This document shows positions 15,197-25,237 of a DNA stretch of 44,307 nt, one piece after another. Under the pieces are notes generated by a model. That model worked only from the letters and a program-made list of their open reading frames with translations. It did no database searches and had not been told where the DNA came from. Positions within the stretch are counted from its first letter, which is position 1. Each line of letters starts with the position of its first letter. Made by a program: the position numbers and the translations under genes. This DNA is from an uncultured bacterium (lineage in GTDB: Bacteria; Fidelibacterota; Fidelibacteria; Fidelibacterales; Fidelibacteraceae), in contig CAYVLJ010000001.1 in NCBI GenBank assembly GCA_964452375.1, positions 2,703 through 47,009 of the forward strand, written 5' to 3'.

Positions 15197-15403
15197 CTCA
15201 CACAAAGCCACAAAGTACCAAAAAGTCACAAAGGTTTTTATAACCGCTAAGGTATACAAGCACACGGTAGAATTATCCGCAAAGAAACAAAGACATAAAA
15301 AAGCCACATATTTTGTGGCTCTCTTTTGTGTATTTTTATAATCTTGGTGGTTTTATTTAATATTTTCTTGGTTTCTTTGTGGTACTTGGTGGCTTTGTGT
15401 GAG
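15197..15403. repeat. 29-bp imperfect inverted repeats (27/29) bracketing about 150 bp downstream of dnaA; arms built of CACAAAG words
   Basis: Left arm CTCACACAAAGCCACAAAGTACCAAAAAG (15197-15225). The right arm (15375-15403) has reverse complement CTCACACAAAGCCACCAAGTACCACAAAG. The interior contains a one-mismatch DnaA box TTATCCGCA (15273-15281) and a terminator hairpin. Confidence 0.8.
15297..15330. terminator. bidirectional intrinsic terminator between convergent dnaA and bcp
   Basis: AAAAAAGCCACA-TATTT-TGTGGCT, a 7-bp stem (15302-15308 / 15314-15320). It has an A-run 5' and a T-rich tail 3' on the + strand, and TTTTTT after the stem on the - strand. Confidence 0.6.
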
Positions 15404-15441
15404 ATACGTGCCTTATGTTTCTTGGTGTGGGTTTCTTCGAA

Positions 15442-15912
15442 CTAATTCTCTATGTCAAATTCTTTCAATATTGCTTCGGAATGTCCGTTGACTCGAACTC
15501 TCGGATAAATCTTTACGATCTTGCCTTTCTCATCGATCAAAAAAGTTTTTCGGATGACACCCATGAAGGTCTTGCCGTACATGTTTTTTTCTCCCCATGC
15601 ACCATAGGCATCCATGACCTTTTTATCTTCATCGGAAAGAAGGATGAACGGCAACTCATATTTTTCAGCGAATTCCCTGTGCGATGCCGCATTATCCTTG
15701 GAAATACCGATGATCACAATATTGTTATCGGTATAAACCTTATAGTCGTCTCTAAAAGCGCAGGCTTCCTTAGTACATCCGGGCGTATCGTCTTTAGGGT
15801 AAAAATAAAGAACTCCTTTTTTACCCCGGAACTGTTCAAGAGAATAGCTCTTCCCATCCGCATCATTAAGCTTAAAGGAAGGGGCTATATCATTGATCTG
15901 TAATTTACTCAT
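15442..15912 (-). CDS. bcp: thiol peroxidase / peroxiredoxin Bcp
   Basis: FYPKDDTPGCTKEAC active-site motif, AhpC/TSA fold, length 156 aa. Confidence 0.9.
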   Translation of the reverse strand: MSKLQINDIAPSFKLNDADGKSYSLEQFRGKKGVLYFYPKDDTPGCTKEACAFRDDYKVYTDNNIVIIGISKDNAASHREFAEKYELPFILLSDEDKKVMDAYGAWGEKNMYGKTFMGVIRKTFLIDEKGKIVKIYPRVRVNGHSEAILKEFDIEN

Positions 15913-15961
15913 GTGGTTTCCTTTTGTTTATCGTATCTCAACGCGTTCTCTGAGCGAAAGT

Positions 15962-16975
15962 TCACTTTTTCTTCAAAAATCTGTTCATGGCTTTTTTGAC
16001 ACGTTCGATCTCATAAGTAATTCCTAAATGTCCCCTATTGTTGTTAAGCTTTAATGTTTTTGCTCCGATCATCTTTGCAAGATCAAGCGCCTCCCATGGA
16101 GAAACGGTATGGTCTTGCATATTCACAATAATAAAAACATCGGCCTTGATGCGTTTTGCCGTTTTTTCCATATCATAATCATCGCGCCAACTGATATCAT
16201 ATGTTCTTAATGCTTTTGTTTGAAAATAAAAATTATCTACCGAATAAATGCCGGGATTATAATGATCAAATTTTGCAATATGTTCTTCAGATTCCGAGGA
16301 GTGCATTTCCCTGGCATAAAATTCCGGAGATTTTGCATTGACGTTTTGCGCCAGCCGAACCGCTCTCATATAATCTTCAGGCGGAATACCGTATTCTCTG
16401 CCCATTTCGATAATGCTTAGTGAAACCTCTCTGCGAATATTGTCATATACCGAGTTGCGCGGTGATGATACGTAAAGAATCGCTTTATCTGCAAGATCGG
16501 GATATTCGCAGATCAGTTCAAAACCCTGCATGGACCCCATTGAACCTCCTACAATCGCATGGATATGCTTCAAGTCAAGATGGTCTGTTACAGCCTTTAC
16601 GCACCTTGCCATATCGATAACACGTATTTCGGGAAAATTCTCTCCTGCTTGAGCTTCGGAATTTGACGGTGAGCTTGACACGCCGTTCGCCAAGGCATCT
16701 ACCGCGATTATACAGTACCTTGCGGTATCGATAAAATTGTATTTGTTTATCAGACCAAAAATATGTTCCGAGGTTCCGCCATGCCAAGTGGGATATAGCA
16801 CAACATTCGTAGAATCCTCATTTGGTTGACCGATCATGCGATACCCCATTTTACAGTCCCTCAGGATCTCGCCATTGAATAATTTCACATCACCGAGTTC
16901 AACGAATTGCTGTTCAGGAACAGGAAGAGCAAAAAGCATGTTAACAGCTAATAACAGAATAATGAGTTTTTTCAT
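15962..16975 (-). CDS. secreted alpha/beta-fold hydrolase (homoserine O-acetyltransferase/MetX-like family)
   Basis: Signal peptide MKKLIILLLAVNMLFA. Nucleophile elbow GGSMGSMQG. MetX-like YPTWHGGTSE segment. Confidence 0.75.
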   Translation of the reverse strand: MKKLIILLLAVNMLFALPVPEQQFVELGDVKLFNGEILRDCKMGYRMIGQPNEDSTNVVLYPTWHGGTSEHIFGLINKYNFIDTARYCIIAVDALANGVSSSPSNSEAQAGENFPEIRVIDMARCVKAVTDHLDLKHIHAIVGGSMGSMQGFELICEYPDLADKAILYVSSPRNSVYDNIRREVSLSIIEMGREYGIPPEDYMRAVRLAQNVNAKSPEFYAREMHSSESEEHIAKFDHYNPGIYSVDNFYFQTKALRTYDISWRDDYDMEKTAKRIKADVFIIVNMQDHTVSPWEALDLAKMIGAKTLKLNNNRGHLGITYEIERVKKAMNRFLKKK

Positions 16976-17115
16976 TTCAATATTCCTCTTAATTAATGTT
17001 CGTGAGCAAATATAACCATCTTATACAAACTGTGAAACAAAAGTTATCTCAATAAAATGATGATATTGATTTTAAGAATAATAGTTTGGGAAAGTCTCTT
17101 GCAAAGGTTTAACCG

Positions 17116-18270
17116 TCACATATTCTGTGTATCAATACACTCGCGAATAGCGGCAATGCCTTGTTGGATTTCTTTTTCATCGATTGCAAAGGATATTCTT
17201 ATATATCCCCTGGCAGCAGGACCAAACTGTGATCCCGGTGTTACGATGATCTCGTGTCTTTCTCTGAGGATCTTGACAAAATCTTTATCGGACAAGGTTT
17301 TATTAAGCTCACTTTGAACGTTTAGCAGAATAAAATAGCCCGCTTTGGGTTTAACATAGTTTTTAAAACCGTGATGATCCAGAGTTTCGAACATCAGTTT
17401 TCGTCTGTTCTGCAAAATAGAAAGGAGTTTTTCCTTTGTCTCTTGTCCAAGCCCGTCGACCATCCTAAGAACAAAACGCTGTGAGAACGTATTGGCGCAG
17501 GTTGATGAAATATATCTCACGGAATTTACCGCTTCGGTGATCTTGGGATGAGCAAAAAGCCAGCCGATACGCAAGCCGCTGATACTGAAAAGTTTTGTCA
17601 TGCTGGAAAAGGTAATCACGTGTTTTGCATATCCGGCATAGGATCTGGAAGCATTGCCGGCAAAACGGATCTCATAAAATGATTCGTCAACTAAAATAAA
17701 AATGTTGTTCTTTTCGCAATGATCAGACAACTTTTCAAATTCCGCAGGGTCAAAAAGCTGTCCTGTTGCGATCAAAGGATTATTGATCAGGATGGCTTTT
17801 GTTTTATCTCCGATAAATTCGATCAGAGATTCCGCACTTACGGGATGATCGCCTTCAAGCGATATGGGATATTCAGTGACCGTACCCGAAAAGAAGTGTC
17901 CCACCGATTCATGAGCCCTAAGTGTGAGAGACGGAACAAGGAGTTCATCATTTGGATCCAGAATTGCGGCAAGCACACAAAAGATCGCTTCCGTTGTGCC
18001 GGTTGTAATGGTTACTCCGTCCATCCCCCATACCAATTCATGCTTTTCGGCCAATGCTTCGCGAAGTTTCGGTAATCCGTAAGTTTCCGTATAATTCATA
18101 TTTTCGGAACGGATGATCTCCTGGGCGGCATTCAACAACACACCCGGTACCGGAAAAGGGGGCACTGAAGATGTCATGTCGATATGTCCTTTGGGGATCG
18201 CTTCTCGTAGGAGTCTTTCGCTGGACCCGATAAGGTCCTGCAAGTGCTGTATGCGTGTGCTAAAATTCAT
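17116..18270 (-). CDS. PLP-dependent aminotransferase, class I/II
   Basis: Aminotransferase fold-type I layout. PLP-lysine region SSMTKLFSISGLRIGW. ILINNPLIATG (NP.NPTG-like) motif. Confidence 0.85.
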   Translation of the reverse strand: MNFSTRIQHLQDLIGSSERLLREAIPKGHIDMTSSVPPFPVPGVLLNAAQEIIRSENMNYTETYGLPKLREALAEKHELVWGMDGVTITTGTTEAIFCVLAAILDPNDELLVPSLTLRAHESVGHFFSGTVTEYPISLEGDHPVSAESLIEFIGDKTKAILINNPLIATGQLFDPAEFEKLSDHCEKNNIFILVDESFYEIRFAGNASRSYAGYAKHVITFSSMTKLFSISGLRIGWLFAHPKITEAVNSVRYISSTCANTFSQRFVLRMVDGLGQETKEKLLSILQNRRKLMFETLDHHGFKNYVKPKAGYFILLNVQSELNKTLSDKDFVKILRERHEIIVTPGSQFGPAARGYIRISFAIDEKEIQQGIAAIRECIDTQNM

Positions 18271-18368
18271 CGCGTTCAGATATTAGGTTTATTTATGTAG
18301 ATAGGCAAGGGTTTTATAGTTAAGAATTTGGAGAGCCCTGAAAATGTGATTTGGGACACAATTCTTGT

Positions 18369-19436
18369 TCATTTGATATTTTTTGTCATGCCGGCGATCT
18401 TGATCGTTATCTTTGAACGGGGAAGTTTTTCCATTTCATCATTGTTTACATTTCTAGCATCTTTCCATTTTGGAAATTCCGGTTCTCCGTCTAATTTTGC
18501 CTCATATAGTTTTAATTCCTGATGAAAGTGTGAATAGGTATGCTTTGCCGTTTCGGGAAATTCCTTAATGATCTTGATATTGTTTTCTTTGCAAAATTGT
18601 TCAAAATATTGCGGTTCGGGCTCTTTGAGCGTAAAACAGGGATATTCCCACAATCCTCCCAGAAACCCTTCATCCGGACGTTTTAACATTAAGACTTTGT
18701 TTTTTCTTTTAATAATGAATGCTGCACCGTAACGGGTGGGTATTTTCTTCTTTTGTGTTTTTACGGGAAATTCATTAACGCTCCCGGTAAGATAAGCGCA
18801 ACAATGATCTTTTAGTGGACACTTACTACAATCCGGTTTTGGTGTACATTGCAAAGACCCGAGTTCCATCCACGCCTGATTGACCCATCCGGGGTGAAGA
18901 TCATAAAAACCTTTATTCATAACATCAAAAAGCATTTTGTGATACTTTTGAGTCGAAATATTCGAGTCGAAACAGAATAGTCTCGCCATAACACGTTTAA
19001 CATTGCCATCAACAACAGCTGCTGGATACCCGAAAGCAATGCTGGATACCGCAGCTGCCGTATACGGCCCAACGCCGGGTACTTTTAACCAGTCGTCATA
19101 ATTATCAGGAAATGGCTGATCTGTACTGTCAGTATGTTCAACAATATATTTTGCACCTTTATGAAAATTACGCGCGCGAGTGTAATAGCCCAATCCCTCC
19201 CAGATCTTTAATACGTCCTCCAAAGGTGCTTCTGCCAGAGTGAACACATCCGGAAAACGTTCGATCCAGTTGGGATAATAGTTTTCTACCGTTGCTACCT
19301 GCGTTTGCTGAAGCATCATCTCACTGACCCAAATATGGTAGGGATTGTCAGAGCCGCGCCAGGGCATTTCACGGCGATGTTCAGTGAACCAACGCATTAA
19401 ATCGTTTGTCATATCAGTACTGATGATCTTTATCAT
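18369..19436 (-). CDS. mutY: A/G-specific adenine DNA glycosylase MutY
   Basis: HhH-GPD core (VPGVGPYTAAAV), 4Fe-4S cluster loop CxxxxxxCxxCxxxxxC (CTPKPDCSKCPLKDHCC), and a C-terminal NUDIX-like domain. Confidence 0.9.
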   Translation of the reverse strand: MIKIISTDMTNDLMRWFTEHRREMPWRGSDNPYHIWVSEMMLQQTQVATVENYYPNWIERFPDVFTLAEAPLEDVLKIWEGLGYYTRARNFHKGAKYIVEHTDSTDQPFPDNYDDWLKVPGVGPYTAAAVSSIAFGYPAAVVDGNVKRVMARLFCFDSNISTQKYHKMLFDVMNKGFYDLHPGWVNQAWMELGSLQCTPKPDCSKCPLKDHCCAYLTGSVNEFPVKTQKKKIPTRYGAAFIIKRKNKVLMLKRPDEGFLGGLWEYPCFTLKEPEPQYFEQFCKENNIKIIKEFPETAKHTYSHFHQELKLYEAKLDGEPEFPKWKDARNVNNDEMEKLPRSKITIKIAGMTKNIK

Positions 19437-20149
19437 TATTTACCGGTGGGAAAATTAAAAGGAATTGAAACGGAAAGCGGCGGGACGATCAATCCCCGGT
19501 CGATCTTCGCTCTCTCTTCACCTTTGTAGAACATATAAGGAACGGCGATGCCGATAGCAGCCCCCATGATCACATCGCTGAACCAGTGCCGGTTGTCGTC
19601 TAGACGCTGAAAAGCCGTTATGGCTGCAAAGGCATAGGCTGGGACTCCCCCTTTCCAGCCGTACCACATTTGGTACATGGTGGCAGTGGCAAATGCAACG
19701 GACGTATGTCCCGAGGGATAAGATTTCCGGTCGCTTCCGTCCGGGCGGGTTCTGCCGATACCGTATTTTAGTGCATATGTCAATCCGATCGTCCCAAGAT
19801 TTGAGAAAGCCCAATAGCGAAATGATTCGCCGTAATTCCCGGTTTGAATACCGTAACCCAAGGCACCCAGTGCTGACACTCCGAATGCCCAATAATGATC
19901 AACATATGAATCAGCCACCGCATCAAGCCAATGCGGAAGATAGGCTTTTTTTGTCATGAATTCGCGAACGGGCTTATCTGCCATCAGTGCAAGCCCGGAT
20001 AATGCCGCCCCGGAACCGAGAATTGCATATCCTTCCCAGGTCTTGCCGATCTCGGGCATGGCATATTTAAAATAATCTTTTCCGTTGAACTGCTGCGCAC
20101 TGACTATAGTTAATATTATTAGCAATATGATGAATATTTTTTTGATCAT
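19436..20149 (-). CDS. PAP2-family (acid) phosphatase, secreted/membrane associated
   Basis: PAP2 motifs KYGIGRTRP, PSGHTS, QRLDDNRHWFSDV. ATG at 20149 gives the signal peptide MIKKIFIILLIIL; the listed start at 20176 is a TTG extension. Confidence 0.8.
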   Translation of the reverse strand: MIKKIFIILLIILTIVSAQQFNGKDYFKYAMPEIGKTWEGYAILGSGAALSGLALMADKPVREFMTKKAYLPHWLDAVADSYVDHYWAFGVSALGALGYGIQTGNYGESFRYWAFSNLGTIGLTYALKYGIGRTRPDGSDRKSYPSGHTSVAFATATMYQMWYGWKGGVPAYAFAAITAFQRLDDNRHWFSDVIMGAAIGIAVPYMFYKGEERAKIDRGLIVPPLSVSIPFNFPTGK

Positions 20150-20172
20150 TGTCAATTGTCCTTTATCAATTG

Positions 20173-20772
20173 TCAATTGATTTGATATTTCTCAAATACT
20201 TTAAACAATTCATTCTCGCTTTTAACCACTTCCGCATGCCACCCGGCTTTACGAGCGCCTTCGACATTCTCTATTCGGTCATCAACGAACAGGGTGTTCG
20301 CCGGGTCGATCATAAAAAGCTCTTTTACTCTTTCATAAGATTCCGGCGCAGGCTTGATAAAACCCTGGGCATAGGAAACGTACGCTGACCGGATAACCCG
20401 TCTTAGATCGATCGCTTTGTCGACCGCATCGAAATCCAGTGAATTTGTATTGGAAAATAAGATAACCTGATAATGCTTTCTTAGCCAATGAACCTTAGCC
20501 CAAGTCCGCGGCCTCAATGGAAAAGTCTTTCCAATATTATCCCTGTAACGCTGTTCATCACCATTTTTCAAGGGAATATACTCGTTCAGCTTCTTAAAAA
20601 ATGTCTTTTCCGTGTGTTTTCCTATTTCGAATTCGCGAAAAAAAGAAGAGTTATAAAACTTCATGAACGTTTCATGATCCCAGCCCATGGCATCGGTAAA
20701 ATTCCTGTAGTTTACATCCACAAGAACATTGCCAAGATCAAAAACTATAGTTTTAATTCGGGTAGCAGCCAT
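20173..20772 (-). CDS. HAD-superfamily hydrolase (subfamily IA-like)
   Basis: The motif I Asp lies in TIVFDLGNVLVD. SNTN and FVDD motifs are present. Confidence 0.8.
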   Translation of the reverse strand: MAATRIKTIVFDLGNVLVDVNYRNFTDAMGWDHETFMKFYNSSFFREFEIGKHTEKTFFKKLNEYIPLKNGDEQRYRDNIGKTFPLRPRTWAKVHWLRKHYQVILFSNTNSLDFDAVDKAIDLRRVIRSAYVSYAQGFIKPAPESYERVKELFMIDPANTLFVDDRIENVEGARKAGWHAEVVKSENELFKVFEKYQIN

Positions 20773-21845
20773 TAAAGCTCAAGTAATTCTTTGGTGGCTT
20801 TTGTGATATTTTCGTGACCTGTTTCGGTAATGATCACATCATCTTCGATGCGCACACCGCTCCAGTCGGGAATATATATGCCGGGTTCAACAGTGACGAC
20901 TTGATTTGCTTTCAACTTTTTATCATATGTCGGCGATAGGCGAGGCTCAGCATGGATCTCATAACTTAAACCGTGACCTAATCCGTGACCAAAATAATCT
21001 CCGTAACCTTTCGATGCAATGTAATCACGAGCAACGGCATCGACTTCTTTGCCTGTCAAGCCCGGTTTAAGGGCGTCAAGCGATTTCAACTGGGCTTGAA
21101 GAACGATATCGTATATTTCTCGCTGCTTTGTATCTGATTTTCCCAGACAAACGGTTCTTGTCACATCACCATGGTAACCTTTATATAAAGCGCCGAAATC
21201 TATGGTGATCAGATCGCCTTTTTCCAGAAGTTTATCCGAAGGGCTGTGATGTGGGCGAGATCCGTTAACACCGGATGCTACGATGGTATCAAAACTGTCT
21301 TTCTCTGCGCCGCATTCAGCCATGATATACGATAATTTTGCACTTAGCATTCTTTCAGTGATACCGGGTTTGATCACTTTGATCAATTCTGCGAACGCAG
21401 CATCAGTTATTCGGGCGGCTTCTCTTAGGTAGTCCAGCTCGATCTCTTCCTTCACGGAGGCAAGATCTTCCATTAATGTAGCTTTATTTACAAATTTGCT
21501 TTCAGGAAACAAGTTTTTTAGTTTATCAAATTCGTCACAACTTAAATGATTTCCCTCAAAACCTATCACGGCATTTTTCTTTACACATTTTGTTTCTTTC
21601 ATCGCCCGCAGAATGTCTTTTCCGATCTGAACAACGATGTTCATATTGTTCACTTCAGCTACACTCTGCGTTTTATAGCGGAAATCGGTAAAAAACCAAG
21701 CATCATCATGGCTTATGTAAGTCATACCGTTTGAACCGGAATATCCGGAAATATATCTCAGGTTTGATGAATATCTAACGAACATGGCGTCCAGGTTTTC
21801 TTTTTTCATTATATCCCGTAGTCTTTTCAGGCGCAGTGTATTCAT
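20772..21845 (-). CDS. M24-family Xaa-Pro aminopeptidase/dipeptidase
   Basis: Creatinase-like N-domain plus a pita-bread domain with metal ligands (DFGALYKGYHGDVTRT, HGLGHGLSYEIHAEP, VEPGIY, RIEDDV). Confidence 0.85.
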   Translation of the reverse strand: MNTLRLKRLRDIMKKENLDAMFVRYSSNLRYISGYSGSNGMTYISHDDAWFFTDFRYKTQSVAEVNNMNIVVQIGKDILRAMKETKCVKKNAVIGFEGNHLSCDEFDKLKNLFPESKFVNKATLMEDLASVKEEIELDYLREAARITDAAFAELIKVIKPGITERMLSAKLSYIMAECGAEKDSFDTIVASGVNGSRPHHSPSDKLLEKGDLITIDFGALYKGYHGDVTRTVCLGKSDTKQREIYDIVLQAQLKSLDALKPGLTGKEVDAVARDYIASKGYGDYFGHGLGHGLSYEIHAEPRLSPTYDKKLKANQVVTVEPGIYIPDWSGVRIEDDVIITETGHENITKATKELLEL

Positions 21846-22618
21846 TATGACTCCTTTTTATCGTTCATAAGCTGTTTAACCCTTTCAATTTCCTCTTTTA
21901 CCAGGCTGGAATCGGGATCGCGCTGTTGCAGCTTTATCAGTATTCCCATGGCTTGTTCCAATAATCCCTGACGAACGTAAAGTTTTGCCATGGTAAGTGT
22001 CTCTATACCATATTTTGTTGCCTGATCATTTTTATTGTTTTGCATCGGTACCGCTTTCTTGGGAGGCGGAACAAATTCTTTTTCCGGAATAATAGATATC
22101 TCTTTTCGGGGAGGTATTTCCTTTTTTGTGGACTGCTCGGGCTTATCCATTTCGTTGATCAGATGCTCAATATAATCATTGTTATCCGGTCCGGGAACCT
22201 CTTTTGTTTTAAGGGAATCCTGTCCGAGTTCCGGTATTCCCAGGTTCGCCTTCAGCGGGATATCTTTAAATTTTTCAATGAACTGATACATTTCATCTGT
22301 TCCGTCTTTATATGCGATGATCAGGCTGTAAATGTATTTTAATTCACCTAATGAATAGTTGTCTTTATTCAACTTCAACAGCATCTCGGCTGCAGTAATA
22401 AAAGCCGGATCAAGTTGCAGTGCCTTGGTAAAACATTCAATGGCATGAAAGATATCTTCCTTCTGATGATAACATAGGCCCATGGAAAAATGCGAGAGCG
22501 CCTTTTCAGGATATTTGTTGACCAGTAATCTTGCTTTTTCCAGCGCAACCGCCGTTTCTTTTTTCTCAAGATGATCTAGGACCGATTGGTTGTCCTCATA
22601 ATAATTGATCTGTTCCAT
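21845..22618 (-). CDS. TPR-repeat protein
   Basis: N- and C-terminal TPR-like helices (ALSHFSMGLCYHQKEDIFHAIECFTKALQLDP; MAKLYVRQGLLEQAMGILIKLQQRDP) flank a low-complexity linker. Confidence 0.7.
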   Translation of the reverse strand: MEQINYYEDNQSVLDHLEKKETAVALEKARLLVNKYPEKALSHFSMGLCYHQKEDIFHAIECFTKALQLDPAFITAAEMLLKLNKDNYSLGELKYIYSLIIAYKDGTDEMYQFIEKFKDIPLKANLGIPELGQDSLKTKEVPGPDNNDYIEHLINEMDKPEQSTKKEIPPRKEISIIPEKEFVPPPKKAVPMQNNKNDQATKYGIETLTMAKLYVRQGLLEQAMGILIKLQQRDPDSSLVKEEIERVKQLMNDKKES

Positions 22619-22620
22619 AT

Positions 22621-23316
22621 TTACTCCAAATGTCCCTCTTCCCTTAAACTCAAATACCCTGAATGACCGATAATGATATGGTCCAGTAAGGGAATATCAA
22701 GGATTTCTCCGGCCTGGTGGATCATTTTCGTGATCTCGATATCCTGACGGCTTGCCTTCAATTCACCGCTGGGATGATTGTGCATGAGAATGATCGCCGA
22801 GGCAAGATGATCGATCGCCGGTTTGAAAACTTCCCTCGGGTGAACGATAGATGCCGAAATACTTCCGATGGAAATATTTATATCCCGATATGCCCTGTGC
22901 GCCCTGTTCAGCAAAATTACCTTGCAGATCTCTTTGCGAAGTAAGCGCATTCGTTCACCGTAAGCGTTTGCAACGCTCTCGGGACCCGTGATCACGGGCG
23001 TGTCGTTTTTTTGCATAGCTTCATGGAAACGCGCACCCAGTTGAAAAGCAGCAGCCAGGGTCGTTGCCTTAGCCGGACCTACTCCATGATGTTTTGAAAG
23101 AGCTCCTGTGGTCATCATGCCAAGCTGTAACAATCCGTCATTATCAGACAGCAGTTGTTTCGCTATATCCAAAGCTGAACTTTTAACCGTTCCGGATCTC
23201 AGCAAAATGGCTATCAATTCGGCATGTGACAGTGTTTCAGCACCTTGCTGAATACATTTTTCTCGCGGCCGGTCGTCTTCCGGCCATTGTTTCATGGTCG
23301 TTTTCGTCACCCCCAT
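22621..23316 (-). CDS. radC: RadC-like JAB/MPN-domain protein
   Basis: HhH N-terminal part and a JAMM motif (ILMHNHPSG). Confidence 0.85.
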   Translation of the reverse strand: MGVTKTTMKQWPEDDRPREKCIQQGAETLSHAELIAILLRSGTVKSSALDIAKQLLSDNDGLLQLGMMTTGALSKHHGVGPAKATTLAAAFQLGARFHEAMQKNDTPVITGPESVANAYGERMRLLRKEICKVILLNRAHRAYRDINISIGSISASIVHPREVFKPAIDHLASAIILMHNHPSGELKASRQDIEITKMIHQAGEILDIPLLDHIIIGHSGYLSLREEGHLE

Positions 23317-23333
23317 ATCGTCCCCTTATGTTT

Positions 23334-23744
23334 TTATGAGTTCCGCGAACTGTTCTTAAACCAGCTTTCGATATAATCCACCGTTTTAGTGGTTGGCGTT
23401 CCCGGCCCGAACAGTTCGGCCACTCCCATTTCTTTCAATTCTTTCATATCTTCTTCCGGTATGACCCCTCCACCGACCAGAAGAACATCGTTCATGTCAT
23501 TTTCTTTCAGTAATTCCAGGACTTTCGGAAATATCGTCATATGGGCGCCGGAAAGAATTGACAGCGAGATCACATCCGCATCTTCCTGAATAGCCGCATT
23601 TACGATCATTTCCGGCGTCTGGCGCAAACCGAGATAGATCACTTCCATTCCGGCATCTCTCAATGCGTTGGCGATCACCTTGGCCCCTCTGTCATGTCCG
23701 TCAAGTCCGGGTTTTGCTAAAACAACACGAATTTTCTTTTTCAT
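23334..23744 (-). CDS. stand-alone cobalamin (B12)-binding domain protein, methylmalonyl-CoA mutase C-terminal-domain type
   Basis: DxHxxG motif in [11 protein letters not shown]; SLSILSGAH and GGGVIP segments. Size 136 aa. Confidence 0.85.
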   Translation of the reverse strand: MKKKIRVVLAKPGLDGHDRGAKVIANALRDAGMEVIYLGLRQTPEMIVNAAIQEDADVISLSILSGAHMTIFPKVLELLKENDMNDVLLVGGGVIPEEDMKELKEMGVAELFGPGTPTTKTVDYIESWFKNSSRNS

Positions 23745-23763
23745 TTTTTCCTCATTTTATCAC

Positions 23764-24210
23764 TCATTTAAGTTGGCTGTCCAATACAAAAGTTACGGGG
23801 CCTTCGTTGATCAGCGACACATCCATCATGGCGCCGAATTCTCCGGTTTCCACCAGAATACCCTGAGCTCCCAGAACATTGCAAAAATAATCGTAGAGCC
23901 GCTCTCCTTCACCGGGTTCAGCCGCTTTGACAAAACTCGGCCGGCGTCCTTTTCTCCAATCGCCGCACAGGGTGAACTGTGAGATAACCAATGCCGATCC
24001 CTGAACGTCTTTCAAAGAAATATTCATTTTATCGTCGGCATCGGGAAATATTCTCAGTCCGGTGATCTTTTCTGCAAGGAAATCGGCATCTTGTTCCGTA
24101 TCGCCTTTTGCCACACCAAGAAGAATGACCAGACCCTGGTCAATACAACCCTTGGTTTGTCTGTCTATGGTTACTTCCGCTCTGGCGACTCTTTGTATAA
24201 CAGCTATCAT
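23764..24210 (-). CDS. dtd: D-aminoacyl-tRNA deacylase
   Basis: MIAVIQRV... N-terminus and the SQFTL..D motif are typical of Dtd. ATG at 24210 is preferred over the TTG-initiated extension at 24255. Confidence 0.9.
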   Translation of the reverse strand: MIAVIQRVARAEVTIDRQTKGCIDQGLVILLGVAKGDTEQDADFLAEKITGLRIFPDADDKMNISLKDVQGSALVISQFTLCGDWRKGRRPSFVKAAEPGEGERLYDYFCNVLGAQGILVETGEFGAMMDVSLINEGPVTFVLDSQLK

Positions 24211-24291
24211 ATTCCTGTCACTTTTAATCAAGTAATTTAGGTTAAAAATACTCAAACTTCAATCTTTACAAGAAAAAACAGCCTTATTCTG

Positions 24292-25233
24292 TCATGATCG
24301 TTTTAATTGATAAAAAAGACCTCTTTCCATGTTGAGAGTTTCGATCTTTGCTTCGGATTCCAGTGTAGATAAATATTTATTGATTTCATTTTCATGCAAA
24401 CCCAGAATTCGACAAAGGTCTTCCAGGGTACAAGGACGTCGCGATATGGTTTCAAGAATGGCCTGTTCAACATCTGATCGAAAAGATTTTTTTTCACGCC
24501 GCTGGCTTACCGGGGCAATGATCTCGGTATTTGGAAAACCCAATATTTTTTTTATTTTTTCCAGATCCTGAATTTCCATAGCTTCCAAACCCCGTATCAC
24601 ACCGGGCCGGTCCAAAGTGTTCAGTTGTACGCTGTCCGGTTTGATCTGTTCAATGACAGATCTAAGAGCAAGTAAATTTTCATCATCGTCATTGTAATCT
24701 TTCAACAGGAACACTTCGAGCCATATTTTACCTTTGAATTCTTTACGAAATGCGGTCAGTCCCTCAATATGTTTTTCATGTTCCAAACTATGATGGGGAC
24801 GATTTATTCTGAGGAATGCATTCCGGGTGGCGGCGTCCATGGAGGGCAAAACAACGTCTGCCCCATACAAGGATCGCCGCACGTTCCTGTCGTAAAAAAG
24901 GGTTCCGTTCGTTAGGACGGCTATCTTGATATCCGGGTAATGCTTTTTTAAATAGGATATCACATCGGCAATACGTGAATTCAGAGTCGGCTCGCCGGAT
25001 CCTGAAAAAGTTACATAATCCGGTGCAGGATGATTCAGGATATAGTCATCCAACTCATTGATAACAGTGTCATATGGCACATATTCTTTGCGCTCTACCG
25101 TTAATACGGTCGTAGCGCCGCACTCGCAATAAATACAATTGAGGGTGCAAATTTTGTGGGGAACAAGATCCACACCGAGAGATATGCCCAATCGTCTTGA
25201 GGGAACGGGTCCAAATAAATAATGATAGGTCAT
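24292..25233 (-). CDS. radical SAM protein with C-terminal winged-helix-like domain
   Basis: N-terminal GPVPSRRLGISLGV followed by CTLNCIYCEC (CxxxCxxC). The C-terminal about 70 aa (ILETISRRPCTLEDLCRILGLHENEINKYLSTLE) is wHTH-like. Confidence 0.85.
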   Translation of the reverse strand: MTYHYLFGPVPSRRLGISLGVDLVPHKICTLNCIYCECGATTVLTVERKEYVPYDTVINELDDYILNHPAPDYVTFSGSGEPTLNSRIADVISYLKKHYPDIKIAVLTNGTLFYDRNVRRSLYGADVVLPSMDAATRNAFLRINRPHHSLEHEKHIEGLTAFRKEFKGKIWLEVFLLKDYNDDDENLLALRSVIEQIKPDSVQLNTLDRPGVIRGLEAMEIQDLEKIKKILGFPNTEIIAPVSQRREKKSFRSDVEQAILETISRRPCTLEDLCRILGLHENEINKYLSTLESEAKIETLNMERGLFYQLKRS

Positions 25234-25237
25234 GATC

